64,000 nt of DNA from a virus (taxonomy: Duplodnaviria > Heunggongvirae > Uroviricota > Caudoviricetes). The stretch spans positions 104,585 through 168,584 of IMG/VR virus record IMGVR_UViG_3300009500_000011; one strand, 5' to 3'. Within the stretch, counting starts at the first letter, position 1; the number at the start of each line of letters is the position of its first letter. The position numbers and the translations under genes are program-made. Of this stretch, positions 33,612 to 44,500 are shown piece by piece. Under the pieces are notes generated by a model, which was given only the letters and a program-made list of their open reading frames with translations, made no database searches and was not told where the DNA came from.

Positions 33612-34465
33612 GCAGAATTTATTTTCATTCACTAGATAAAGAATCAGAAGTTTATGGTTCTGAAAGAGCATATATGGGTCATTTGTGTACAGACTTGGCT
33701 TATAGTGTTTCAGACCTTGATTCGTTCTTTTTTGAAAAATCTCCGATGCTTAAAATTTTAGAAGAATCTAATAATCGTAAATACAACAAAGAAGATGCAA
33801 AAATGGCATTTAATCCATTTAATTCAATGTTTTTTAATATTAACTGGAAGGTCAACGATAGAAATGTAAATCCTTTTGCAGTTGTTTTAAATACAGCAAT
33901 GGCTCTTGGCGGTGATGCCATAAAACTATATGCCAGATTACATGGCCAATGCGAGATTCATGCATATGTTGAAGGAGAATACAGAAGTTGGCTTGCTGAT
34001 ATTATTGATAAAGGCGTCGAATCAAAAATTTTGCGTGTTTTTCCTGAAGATGGCGAAAAAGAATATTTACAAAATCAAAAAAGATTTATTGGATGGAATC
34101 AAGTTTCTAAACATTTAAGAGAAAATAATGTTAATCCTGTTGTAACTTCTTATAGTGTTTGTGAATCTTTTCCCAATTATCAATTTACTTTTGATTATCA
34201 AAATTTAAAAGATAAGTTGTCCAAAAAAGAAGATTTATCAAAAGATAATTTTCACAAGAAAATTGAGGATTGGACTGAAAAGAATTATTATTCATGGTCA
34301 ACAGAAATGCAATGGAGAGAGTGTATGCATTATTTGAGAACATGTGACAACGGATTGAGGGAAATTTGTCCTGAAACTTGGGATAATTTTTATTTTGGAC
34401 CACAAAATGATACTGTTTTTTCAATAATAGAAGAAGTGAATACCGCACAAAAGGAATTAATTTAA
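33608..34465 (+). CDS. hypothetical protein
   Basis: 285-aa ORF translationally coupled (ATGA) to the BCS1-like ATPase. Confidence 0.45.
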   Translation: MSRIYFHSLDKESEVYGSERAYMGHLCTDLAYSVSDLDSFFFEKSPMLKILEESNNRKYNKEDAKMAFNPFNSMFFNINWKVNDRNVNPFAVVLNTAMALGGDAIKLYARLHGQCEIHAYVEGEYRSWLADIIDKGVESKILRVFPEDGEKEYLQNQKRFIGWNQVSKHLRENNVNPVVTSYSVCESFPNYQFTFDYQNLKDKLSKKEDLSKDNFHKKIEDWTEKNYYSWSTEMQWRECMHYLRTCDNGLREICPETWDNFYFGPQNDTVFSIIEEVNTAQKELI

Positions 34466-35905
34466 TTGAACAAAATTTACGACCTTATCATTATTGGAAC
34501 TGGCCCAGCAGGTTTTTTCTGTGCAATAGATTTAGTTAGAAAAGGATATACAAATATCCTTATGATTGATAAAGGTTCTCTTCGTACAGGTAAATCAGAC
34601 GAAAATGTGACAGAAGGATGGGCAGGGGCTGGGGCACATTCCGATGGTAAGGTCAATATGACTCATAAAGTCGGAGGAATCTTAGCCGACGTTATTGGGT
34701 TAAAGCGTTTCCATGAGTTATTAGAAAAACAAGACCAAATGTGGCTTGATTTTTCTCCAACAAATGAACAAAAAAAATTACGTCAACAAAAATCTCCTGA
34801 TGCTGATTTAGATGTAAGGTTATTCGTTCCAACTGATGAATCTAAAATTTTAAGAGCTAAAGCCTTAGCAAATCACATGGAACTTGAAACATATCCAATA
34901 AGACATTTGGGCACAGATAATATGTTAGATTCAACTAACAATATGCTCGAATATCTTAAATCTAATGGTGTTGAAGTAGTATTAGAGGCTGAAGTAAAGC
35001 AAATCTGTAAATATAAAAATGAAGAAGAATTTGTAGTAAGAGTTCAAAAAAAAGATAGTTGGTGTGACCCAGAATTTGGAGACTATGAACTTGAACATTA
35101 TGACGGGAAGAATGTTCTTATTGCTACAGGACGCTCTGGGGGGCATTTCTTCCGTGAAACCATGCAATGCTTAGATATTCCTATGTTAAATAATGGCGTT
35201 GATATTGGTGTTCGTGTCGAAGTTCCAAATGAGATTACAGATGGACTCTTAAAAGCCGGTATTTATGAACCTAAAATGCTTTATAGAACACCAACATTTG
35301 ACGATTCCGTTCGCACATTTTGCTGGTGTAATAGTGGATTTGTTGCAATAGAAGAATATCGTGATACCGGAATTAAGACAGTTAATGGTCATTCCTATGC
35401 CGACAAGAAATCTAACAATACAAATTTTGCTTTACTTGTTACAAAAACATTTACTTCGCCATTCGATAACCCACAAGCATATGCAGAATCAGTTTCAAGA
35501 ATGGCCAATCTTTTATCGGGTAATTCTGTTTTAGTTCAAAGATATGGAGATTTTAAAGCAGGTAGACGTACAACAGAAAAAAGATTAAATGAAGGAGCCC
35601 TTGTTCCAACTCTTGATGCAGTACCAGGAGATTTATCTCTTGCTATTCCTTATCGTCAAATGTTGGCAATCGGAGAAATGTTAGAAGCTATGGACAAAGT
35701 TTTACCAGGTATTGCAAGTAAATACACCTTGTTATACGGTATTGAAGCTAAATTCTATAGCAATCGAGTTAATATTGATTCAAATAGTATGACAGAAATT
35801 AAAGGTCTTTATGTTGCTGGAGACGGTTCTGGATGGACAAGAGGGTTAAATCAAGCGGCAATTCAAGGACTTGTTGTTAGTGAAGGAATTTTAAATGCAA
35901 AATAA
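34466..35905 (+). CDS. FAD-dependent oxidoreductase (COG2509-like)
   Basis: TTG start. N-terminal dinucleotide fold YDLIIIGTGPAGFFCA. C-terminal GLYVAGDGSG. Confidence 0.75.
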   Translation: MNKIYDLIIIGTGPAGFFCAIDLVRKGYTNILMIDKGSLRTGKSDENVTEGWAGAGAHSDGKVNMTHKVGGILADVIGLKRFHELLEKQDQMWLDFSPTNEQKKLRQQKSPDADLDVRLFVPTDESKILRAKALANHMELETYPIRHLGTDNMLDSTNNMLEYLKSNGVEVVLEAEVKQICKYKNEEEFVVRVQKKDSWCDPEFGDYELEHYDGKNVLIATGRSGGHFFRETMQCLDIPMLNNGVDIGVRVEVPNEITDGLLKAGIYEPKMLYRTPTFDDSVRTFCWCNSGFVAIEEYRDTGIKTVNGHSYADKKSNNTNFALLVTKTFTSPFDNPQAYAESVSRMANLLSGNSVLVQRYGDFKAGRRTTEKRLNEGALVPTLDAVPGDLSLAIPYRQMLAIGEMLEAMDKVLPGIASKYTLLYGIEAKFYSNRVNIDSNSMTEIKGLYVAGDGSGWTRGLNQAAIQGLVVSEGILNAK

Positions 35906-36149
35906 TAAAACAGATTTATGTTTAAAGGCTTGGTTCTTTGCTTTTAATGTCGGAGATAGAATTTCTTTCACTTATAATAGCGCAGAATGTCAAGGCGAAA
36001 TTATTGAAATTCTCTATCAAACAGAATCAGATAATGAATTTGTAGCAGCCGTTAGCTTCTGTAATGATTGGCCAGCACTTGGTAATAGTACGCAGGTGAC
36101 ACTCACTAACAGTAATAACCTTAAATTACTTTATCCTCAAAATTGGTAA
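35895..36149 (+). CDS. stand-alone copy of the C-terminal domain of the 1111-aa repeat protein
   Basis: RISFTYNSAECQGEIIEI...FCNDWPALG...LKLLYPQNW aligns with RVKFRYNGALCQGKIILR...FCSNWKAIG...LLSINPQNW at the end of 41543..44878. Confidence 0.5.
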   Translation: MQNNKTDLCLKAWFFAFNVGDRISFTYNSAECQGEIIEILYQTESDNEFVAAVSFCNDWPALGNSTQVTLTNSNNLKLLYPQNW

Positions 36150-36233
36150 ATAATTAAACCACTTGAGTATAGTATACTTGTGTGGCCATAACTATTATAT
36201 CATGGCTTAATTTTGAAGGAGTATTTAAATTTT

Positions 36234-36779
36234 ATGTTCGAAAAACTAAAAACTTTTTTAAGCGTTGCCTATGATGTAATTCGCGGACGCGCTTTAGTAG
36301 AAACGCTTCATCCACGTAAACGTAATAAAGTTCGTTTGGAAATTATTCGTGCTGATGGCACAAGAGAATTACTTTCCGCAGGATGCAATAGTCGTGTAAA
36401 TAGCGGAGCAAACTGGCAAGCTTCACTTATGGGAAGTGCCGCAGGTACACCAGCAAATTATATGGCCCTTTCAACGGCAACATTATCTCCTGCTCTTACA
36501 GATACTTCACTTACCGGAGAAATTACTTCAGGTACAAATGCTGGACTTGCAAGAACACAAGCAACATATCAAAACTATACAGCACCAACAACCTTGGGCG
36601 GTCCTGCTTCATATCAATTGCAACATACATTTACTTCTTCAGCAACCGCTACAGTAAATAGTGCTGCTCTTTTTAATGCGTCTTCTTCTGGAACAATGTT
36701 CGTTGAAGCAAACCTTTCCCCCTCTGCCACACTTGCTTCTGGGGACCAGATAGTTTTAACGTGGAGTGTTCAAATTTAA
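36234..36779 (+). CDS. putative virion structural protein
   Basis: Start trimmed to the ATG after RBS GAAGGAG. T/S/A-rich beta-type composition. Lies upstream of the fibre genes. Confidence 0.45.
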   Translation: MFEKLKTFLSVAYDVIRGRALVETLHPRKRNKVRLEIIRADGTRELLSAGCNSRVNSGANWQASLMGSAAGTPANYMALSTATLSPALTDTSLTGEITSGTNAGLARTQATYQNYTAPTTLGGPASYQLQHTFTSSATATVNSAALFNASSSGTMFVEANLSPSATLASGDQIVLTWSVQI

Positions 36780-36844
36780 TAATTAATCAATGTTAGGTAA
36801 TTGTTAAATTTGACTTTCTATATTTTTTGTTATATGATTCTATC

Positions 36845-37306
36845 ATGGAAGATATGAATTTATTCAAAAAATGTGGTCATTGCAAATTAGTTTATCGTAA
36901 AACTTTCTTTTTTAATAATAAAGCAAGATATGATGGATTAAGTAGTCAATGCAAAAAGTGCCATCAAGAAGACACTACCAAACGATATAATTCATTAAAA
37001 CAAAAATGTTTTGAAAAATATGGTGGTAAATGTATAAAATGTGGCGATACTGATAGTCGAGTTCTTCAATTTGACCATATAAATGGTGGTGGTGCAAAAG
37101 AATTAAAAAGTCAAATTTTTGGCGGAACTTATGTACCTTCTACTTACTTTCAAAAAGTTTTAAAAGATACTACAAATAAATTTCAATTATTATGTGTAAG
37201 ATGTAATTGGATAAAGAGACATGAGGAACGTGAGCAGTTTACTCGTCTGAATGAGCAGCCAATTACAGGTGAATTACTTCAAAGGTTTATAGAATATAGG
37301 GGCTAA
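36845..37306 (+). CDS. HNH homing-type endonuclease (paralog 2 of 3)
   Basis: CGHC...CKKCH ribbon, LQFDHINGGG, CVRCNWIKRH. Confidence 0.7.
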   Translation: MEDMNLFKKCGHCKLVYRKTFFFNNKARYDGLSSQCKKCHQEDTTKRYNSLKQKCFEKYGGKCIKCGDTDSRVLQFDHINGGGAKELKSQIFGGTYVPSTYFQKVLKDTTNKFQLLCVRCNWIKRHEEREQFTRLNEQPITGELLQRFIEYRG

Positions 37307-37310
37307 TTAA

Positions 37311-40300
37311 ATGCCAGAAGGCTTTGTTTCAGTCCCAGATAATAGTGATGCAAGTATAACAGTTAAGGTAGTTGATACAAATGAAATAAGCATTATATCA
37401 ACTACCTTAACCACAGCAGTTACAGGTGCAGGTATATTTACCGTAACGCCTGCATCTATTACTGGAATTGGTATCGGAACACCATTAATTGTTGACACTC
37501 TTGTAAGTGGTGTACAAGAATCTGTCAATGTTCTTTCTATTGTTGGTTCAAGTTTTTCTGCAAAATTTGCATATGCTCATGCTTCAGGTGTTCCATTAGT
37601 ATTAAATGTAGAGCGCCAGAATATGAGTATAGCAGACCCAACAACTTATGGCAATATTGCTAAGGTTGCAAGTGGTACTGCATCTATAACTGATATTGGT
37701 TTAACTGTAAGACCTATTCCTACTTCGATTCCTGCTGGGACAAATACCATTGGAAATGTTGCTATAACTAGTCCTAATGGTGCTGCTGCTGGTATATATG
37801 GCCTTGTTAATCCTTATGGTACTACTCGTATTAGTGGAGAGCCAATAGGTTTATTTACTGATACTTTTGATGGTACAACTTTTGATACTGTAAATCGTTG
37901 GAATACGCCTACTGTGGTTAATGGTGGTGCATATTCACAAAATAATGGAGATTTAAGTTTAACAACTGGTCTTACTGCTAATGCTCAATCTATTGTTACA
38001 TCGCAACCAAATTTTGTGCATGTAGGTAGTAGTTTTCTTGAATATACAACAGTTGTTCAATTAGAATCTAGTCCAATAGCTACAGGTTGTCATCGTTATT
38101 GGGGAACAGGAACTTCTCCAACAGTTATTTCTGCGACAAACCCTGTTCAAAATGGATATGGATTTGAAGTAACAACTACAGGAACAATGAATGCAGTTGT
38201 TTATGCATCTGGAACTAAAGTTGGTTCTTATCCATTATCTATTCCAACGGATGGACTTCCACATAGATATGCAATTATTATTCGTTCAGATGTTGTTTTT
38301 TATTATGTAGATAACATCGAAGTTCCAGTTGCCGAATTTATGTTTGTTTTACCATCTGTACAAACTCTACCAATAAGATTTCATATTTTAAATGGAACTT
38401 CTGCTTTAACAAAAGCGCCAATTCTTTATGCTTATGGTGTTGCTATGTCCGATACGGCAGAAAATTCATCTGCTATTTCTGATGGTACTTATCCTTGGCG
38501 TAAGGCTTCTGTTGAAAATATAAATCCTAGTTCATCTGATTATGGGTTAGTAACTAGAAATATTCCCAATAGTACATCTAATCAAGCAATCGTTTCAAAT
38601 GATTTATCTACGACAGGAACTATACAAAATTTAAATGATACTGTTTCTTTAACATTAAATGGTATATCAAGTTGGATTGCTGAATTACAAGGAACTTGGA
38701 CAGGAACAGTACAATTTGAAGCATCAATTGATGGTATTAATTTTGTACCATTACGCGGCAGACAAAGTGGTATGGGTGGAAACACTATACTTTCAACTCA
38801 GGTTACAAGTACAAATGGGTATTGGCGTGGTAATGCTGCTGGGTTTAATATTTTTAGAGTACGTGCAATAACTGCTTTAACTGGTCCTGCAACTATAAAT
38901 ATTAAAGCAAGCATTGGTACAGATGCTGTCTTTTTAGATGCAGGTTTACCTCCAGGAACTGATTATATCGGTCAGGTTGGAGGAACTACCACAACATATC
39001 CTGTTACAGCCGGTGCAGTAATTACAACTACTCCAGGAACTACTGGTGTATCCGTTTATTCAGATACATATGGTAATATGAGAACTATTGTTTCTGATTA
39101 TGTTCAAACAGGAACACTTGTTAATTTAAATGATACTATTGTTGTAAATCAAAATGGTGGTTATACTGCTTGGAATGTATCATTATCTGGAACTTGGACT
39201 GGCGTAGTAACTTTTGAAGGTTCAGTAGATGGTACTAATTGGCAATCTATTACGGGTAGATTAGCCGGTGTAGAAAGTGGTCCTTTATATAATTCAACAG
39301 GTCTTAACGGTGTGTATAGAGGAAATGCTGCTGGTCTTCAATTCAGAGTAAGATTAAGTGCTATAACTAGCGGAAGTGTTACTGTTACAATTCGTTTAGG
39401 TCAAGGACCTTATGGAGTTTTCTTAAATTCTGCATTACCTGTTGGAACTAATAATATCGGTAGTATTTCTACTAGCACATTTCCTTCAACAGGCGTAAAC
39501 AATGCCCCAGGTACAGTTGGACAGACGCTATTATCTGATAGTGACGGTTCATTAAGAATACATGCTGCTGATATTTATTCTTCGGGAACAATTAATACAT
39601 TAGGCGCTACTGTTCAAATACAACCTGTTGGTCATGCTACTGCTTTAATTAATATTCAAGGAAGTTTTGTTGGTACGTTTCAATTTGAAGTTTCATTAGA
39701 TAGTTTAACGTATTATCCTATTGAAGTCAAACAAGTAGGTGTTTCAACAACGACATTATTAACAACCTCTAATGTTGGTGGAATTTTTAGAGGAAATATT
39801 GCCGGGGCTTTATATTTTCGTGTTCGCGCAACAAGTTGGACTTCAGGAAGTGCTACAGTTTATATTAACGGTTCACATGCTACTGCCCCTGTATTTTTAG
39901 ATGCTGGTCTTCCTATAGGTACAAATAACCTTGGAAGCACACAATTAGCGGACGGAACAAATAGTTCTCAATTAGCCAAGGTAACATCTGATGGGGCTCA
40001 ACTTGTTGCTATAGATTCAACAACATCATTGCCTGCTGGAACTAATTCAATTGGAAATGTTACATTAAATAACGACCTTACCTATACTGGAACTATTCTT
40101 GCCGGAACACAATTAAGCCATATTATTATACCTTTAAATGGTGCTAATACTATCGGTGTTAGCTGGACAAATAACAGTACAAATGCTATTTTACAATTTC
40201 AAGCAAGTGTTGATGGAGTAAACTATGTAGGTATTGTTCCTTATGAATCAAGTGTTTTGAATTCTTATGTTTCTACAGTATCGTCAGTATTATTTAACGG

Positions 40301-40886
40301 GCGTGTAAGTGTTGCTGGTTATAGTTACTTTAGAATTAGTAATCAATCCGCAACAGGTAGTGTTGGTTCAAATACAATCAATGTTAATTTTACTGTTAGT
40401 GGTAATTCTTCTATTGTAACTCTTGTAGACCCTATTCCACCTGGTACAAATGCTATCGGTACTGTTGGAGTAACAGCATTGCCATCAATACCTGCTGGTG
40501 GTAATACAATTGGAAATGTAAAATTAGTTGATACTGCTGGAAGCAATCAAGCTTCTGTAAATACAAATGGTTCTCTTTCGGTTTTATCTTACAATGATTC
40601 AACTACGACATATTATTATGCTACCGCAGCTAGTGCAAATGTTCTTGTTAAAAATGGTCCCGGCAGATTAATCTCTGTTACTGTTTTTAGTGCAAGTACA
40701 GGCATTTATGGTATTCTTTTTGATACTAATGGAACTCCAGTAGCAGGAACAACCACTCCATTAGTTGTTATACCTGCTTATGCCCCGGCAGGATATACAG
40801 TTTTTTGTGATATTCCTTTTGCAAATGGTTTGACTATTTTTGGAACCGGCTCAACCGGACCTACATATACTGTAAATTATCGTTAA
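37311..40886 (+). CDS. tail-fibre-like protein with four tandem ~120-aa repeats
   Basis: 1191 aa, G/T/S/N-rich. Recurring LP.GTN.IG linkers and four repeated modules between about nt 38610 and 40460. Confidence 0.7.
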   Translation: MPEGFVSVPDNSDASITVKVVDTNEISIISTTLTTAVTGAGIFTVTPASITGIGIGTPLIVDTLVSGVQESVNVLSIVGSSFSAKFAYAHASGVPLVLNVERQNMSIADPTTYGNIAKVASGTASITDIGLTVRPIPTSIPAGTNTIGNVAITSPNGAAAGIYGLVNPYGTTRISGEPIGLFTDTFDGTTFDTVNRWNTPTVVNGGAYSQNNGDLSLTTGLTANAQSIVTSQPNFVHVGSSFLEYTTVVQLESSPIATGCHRYWGTGTSPTVISATNPVQNGYGFEVTTTGTMNAVVYASGTKVGSYPLSIPTDGLPHRYAIIIRSDVVFYYVDNIEVPVAEFMFVLPSVQTLPIRFHILNGTSALTKAPILYAYGVAMSDTAENSSAISDGTYPWRKASVENINPSSSDYGLVTRNIPNSTSNQAIVSNDLSTTGTIQNLNDTVSLTLNGISSWIAELQGTWTGTVQFEASIDGINFVPLRGRQSGMGGNTILSTQVTSTNGYWRGNAAGFNIFRVRAITALTGPATINIKASIGTDAVFLDAGLPPGTDYIGQVGGTTTTYPVTAGAVITTTPGTTGVSVYSDTYGNMRTIVSDYVQTGTLVNLNDTIVVNQNGGYTAWNVSLSGTWTGVVTFEGSVDGTNWQSITGRLAGVESGPLYNSTGLNGVYRGNAAGLQFRVRLSAITSGSVTVTIRLGQGPYGVFLNSALPVGTNNIGSISTSTFPSTGVNNAPGTVGQTLLSDSDGSLRIHAADIYSSGTINTLGATVQIQPVGHATALINIQGSFVGTFQFEVSLDSLTYYPIEVKQVGVSTTTLLTTSNVGGIFRGNIAGALYFRVRATSWTSGSATVYINGSHATAPVFLDAGLPIGTNNLGSTQLADGTNSSQLAKVTSDGAQLVAIDSTTSLPAGTNSIGNVTLNNDLTYTGTILAGTQLSHIIIPLNGANTIGVSWTNNSTNAILQFQASVDGVNYVGIVPYESSVLNSYVSTVSSVLFNGRVSVAGYSYFRISNQSATGSVGSNTINVNFTVSGNSSIVTLVDPIPPGTNAIGTVGVTALPSIPAGGNTIGNVKLVDTAGSNQASVNTNGSLSVLSYNDSTTTYYYATAASANVLVKNGPGRLISVTVFSASTGIYGILFDTNGTPVAGTTTPLVVIPAYAPAGYTVFCDIPFANGLTIFGTGSTGPTYTVNYR
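38610..40460 (+). repeat. four tandem ~360-490-nt coding repeats in the tail-fibre-like gene
   Basis: Protein modules begin TGT(I/L).NLNDT / SGTINTLGAT / TGTILAGTQ. Each contains W(T/V)G.(V/F).FE.S.DG...(W/F/Y) and RGNAAG...FRVR, and ends LP.GTN.IG. Confidence 0.7.
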
Positions 40887-40892
40887 TAAATT

Positions 40893-41540
40893 ATGCCTGG
40901 TTTACAAACGTTATATCTTACAAACACAGAATCCGTTATAACACCTGTTACTTCAATAAAACAGATGAATTTAGCATATGGTACAGCAAGTGATTCGTCT
41001 ACAAAAGTTGTTAATACAGCAAGTGGAACATATCAATTTATTCCAGCAAATGCTGCTAATGGAACTGCTGCAACTGTAAGCACTTCGCCGACTTCTAAAG
41101 GTTGGATATTTGAAAATACAATACCAGGGAGATATTGGCCTGGAACATGGACAATTCAGGCTTATGTTGCTTGTTCAAATAGTGGAGTTTGGACAGGTGA
41201 AACAGGGAATCTTGAAGCAAAATTTTATATTGTAACTCCAGGAACAACCACCGTTACAGAATATGCTGGTAATGCAAGCGGTACATTTACGTCAACAGCA
41301 CAAAATTTATCAGCAAATAATTTTACATTTTCTTCAAATTTAACTGTTAATCAATTTTTTTACATTTATCCAACTGCTTTATTATATGTAGAGCTTTATT
41401 GGGTTCTTGCCAATAATGCTTTTACTACAACAACTGCTTTATGGTTGGATTCACCAAACACATTTATTAAAACTTCATTTTTTGAAGAATATACAAATTT
41501 CAATTATCAAACTAGAAGAAGAACAGGAATGGGGAATTAA
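40893..41540 (+). CDS. putative virion/fibre-associated protein
   Basis: T/S/N-rich 215-aa ORF between the two giant fibre-like genes. Confidence 0.45.
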   Translation: MPGLQTLYLTNTESVITPVTSIKQMNLAYGTASDSSTKVVNTASGTYQFIPANAANGTAATVSTSPTSKGWIFENTIPGRYWPGTWTIQAYVACSNSGVWTGETGNLEAKFYIVTPGTTTVTEYAGNASGTFTSTAQNLSANNFTFSSNLTVNQFFYIYPTALLYVELYWVLANNAFTTTTALWLDSPNTFIKTSFFEEYTNFNYQTRRRTGMGN

Positions 41541-41542
41541 AA

Positions 41543-44500
41543 ATGTCGCTACTCTTGTTGTATAACCGTAAACTTTTTCAGTCTACATTAACTAATTCTA
41601 ATTTAACTTCTGATTCAAATTCAAGAAAAACTTATTTTTCAAGAACTAATGTAGATTCAAGTTTGTTTTCTGATTCTTCTGCTAGAAGTGCAAATTATAA
41701 TAGAGCATCATCAGATATATTCAACTTATCTGATAGTCTTTTGCGTAATACGTTTTATGCACGTAGTTTTCAAGAAATATATTCTTTTTTCGATTCATTA
41801 AATAGACAAGTTGATAACAGTAGAAGTGAATCAGAAATTTTTAGTACGATTGATATTCAAAATTTATCACGATTTTATAATCGTTCATCCACAGATTCTT
41901 TTAATTTTTCTGATAGTAATTCTCGGTTTTTAGATTTTGCTCGTCTTCAATCTGATGTTTTAATTTTTAATGACTTAATTAATCGTTCCACTAATGTAAA
42001 TCGTTCTATAACCGACCAATCTATAGAGATAGATTCTTTAACAAGACAAATTATTGATAATCGCCAAACTTCGGACGTATTCAATACTATTTTATCTTTT
42101 ACAGAACAGCAGTTTTTATCTAGGTCAACTACCGATGGATTAAGTTCTTTTACAGATTCTTCATCGTATAGTCGAGTTTTGCCACGTTCTGTTATGGATA
42201 CTTTTAGTTTTTCGGATTCAAATTCTATTTCTCAATTACTTCTAAGAACATTTAGTGAAAGTTATTCTTTCAATGATGTTCTTAGTAATTCTGGAACTCA
42301 TATCGCTTTTTTAAGTGATGTATTAACAAATTTTGTAGATTCAATAAGCGCCGAACAGTTTGTTTCAAGAACAATGTCTGATAATCTAACGACATTAGAT
42401 TTAGTAACTTCAGTTAAGACTTTTTATAGATTAAATTCAGATAATACTAACTTTGCAGATGCTATCTCTTCTGCTAATATTTTAAATAGATTTAATATTC
42501 AAAATTTAAATTTTAATGATTCACTTAATAATCAAAATATTTTTAATAGAAATAATAGTGATTTAGTTAATAATTTTAATGATTCCACTTTAATATCTCA
42601 ATTTTTAAATCGAACCTCAAATGAGGTGTTTTCAACATCTGATATTTTATCTTTGGCGCAATTTTTGTCTCGTAATCCAACAGATATTCTTACAACGTTA
42701 GATAATAACGGTAGAAATATCTTTATTTCTAAATCAGTAATTGATTCTATTTTAACTTTCGATAGTCTTCAAAGCACGAAGATTGCTAATTTAAATCTTC
42801 AAGAAACATTTAGCTTTAGTGATGTTCTTTTAAGAAATATTATAGATTTCCGTACAAATTCAGACAGTTTTGCGTTTGTTGATTTTGTCAATAATTATAA
42901 TATATTTACAAAATCAATTGTTGAATCTTTCCAAACAAATGATTTGCTAACAAGGGAGTATATCTCAAATCAAAATCTTCAAGAAAACTTTAATTTTTTA
43001 GATATATTATCTGAAAGTCAATTTTTACAAAGACAATGTTCAGAACAATTTAATTTTATTGATGGTATATTGAGAGAAGTAATCATTAATAGGGCCATGA
43101 ACGAAACTCTATTGGAATCAGATGACATTACTACTGCTTTAGTTTTCTTTAGGAATATAAATGAACAATTCTCTACCGCAGCATCTGTAAGTTATGTACA
43201 TTCATTCGTTAGAAATTTGTTAGAAAATTTTGCAACTTCTAATTCCATTAGCAGGGCTCTTATTTCTCCAAGAAATACTTCTGATTTCTTTAATCAAATT
43301 GTCGATACTTTAAATTCATATAAAATTGCCAATTTTAATCTTGATGAAACTTTTGCATTTAATGATTCTTTATCTCAAATGTCTCTGGTTTTTAGGAATT
43401 TTTCAGATTTATTTAGTTTTTTTGATTTTACAACAAGTAATGCAATAATTCCTAGAAATATTGAAGAATCATATCCTATAAGTGATTCATTGTCCAATAA
43501 CAATTTGTTTTCAAGACTTTTCGAAGAAGAATTTAATTTTACTGATGCTGTTAATATAAGTCAGAGTTTGGCGCGTCAATTCTTAGATAGTTTTATTTTT
43601 TTTGATAATGTTTCAACAAATAGTTCAGGCGGTTTGTTTTTAAGAGTAATATCAGATGTTTTAAATACTAATGATTCTAGTGAAATAAATCAATTTTTAA
43701 ATCGTGAAAATACCGATACATCATTAACTAGTGATTCGCTCCAAAACTCCAATATTTTAAATAGACAATTTCAAGACTTATTAAGTATAGCAGATACCTT
43801 AACTTCTACTAATGAATTTAATAGATTTTTTTCTGATTTGTTGCAAACTAATGATGCTGCAAATTCAAATTACGTTTATAATTCAAATTTATCTGATAAT
43901 TTAAACACAAGTGATTCGCTAAATAGATTTTTTCTAAATATTGCAAACTTAGCAGAAACATTTACAACAACAGATTCCAACTCCAGAGAATCTATTTTGG
44001 CGCGAAGTCTATCTGAAACATTTTCTCTATTGGATTTATTAACTAGAGTTTTATCTAAAGTAAGGTTATTAAACGATAATCTTCCCTTTACTTTTGATTC
44101 ACTTGCAACATATAGTACGTTTTTTAGAGAACTGCAAGAAGAGTATATATCATCCGAAGAATTAATTAACGAATCTATTTATAAAAGGCAACTTGAAAAT
44201 ACATTTACAACTTTGGATGAGTTGATGCGTGTTTTACTTATTGCTAGGGAAGTATTTGAAGTCGGAGAAATATCAGATACTGTTGCAAGTAAAGCAGTTA
44301 TTCTAAGATTTGTAGAAGAATTTTTTGAATTAGTAGATAATATTGCCTTAAATCAAAGAATTAATCGTAGTTCTGAGTATCAAAGTAACTTCTCGGATAT
44401 TCTAAATAGAGAAGTTATATTAGAAAGATTTTTGTCTGATTCAAGTCAATTTTTTGACAATTCTTTACTTCAAAAAGTTGGTGCAAGATTTTTCGTTAAT

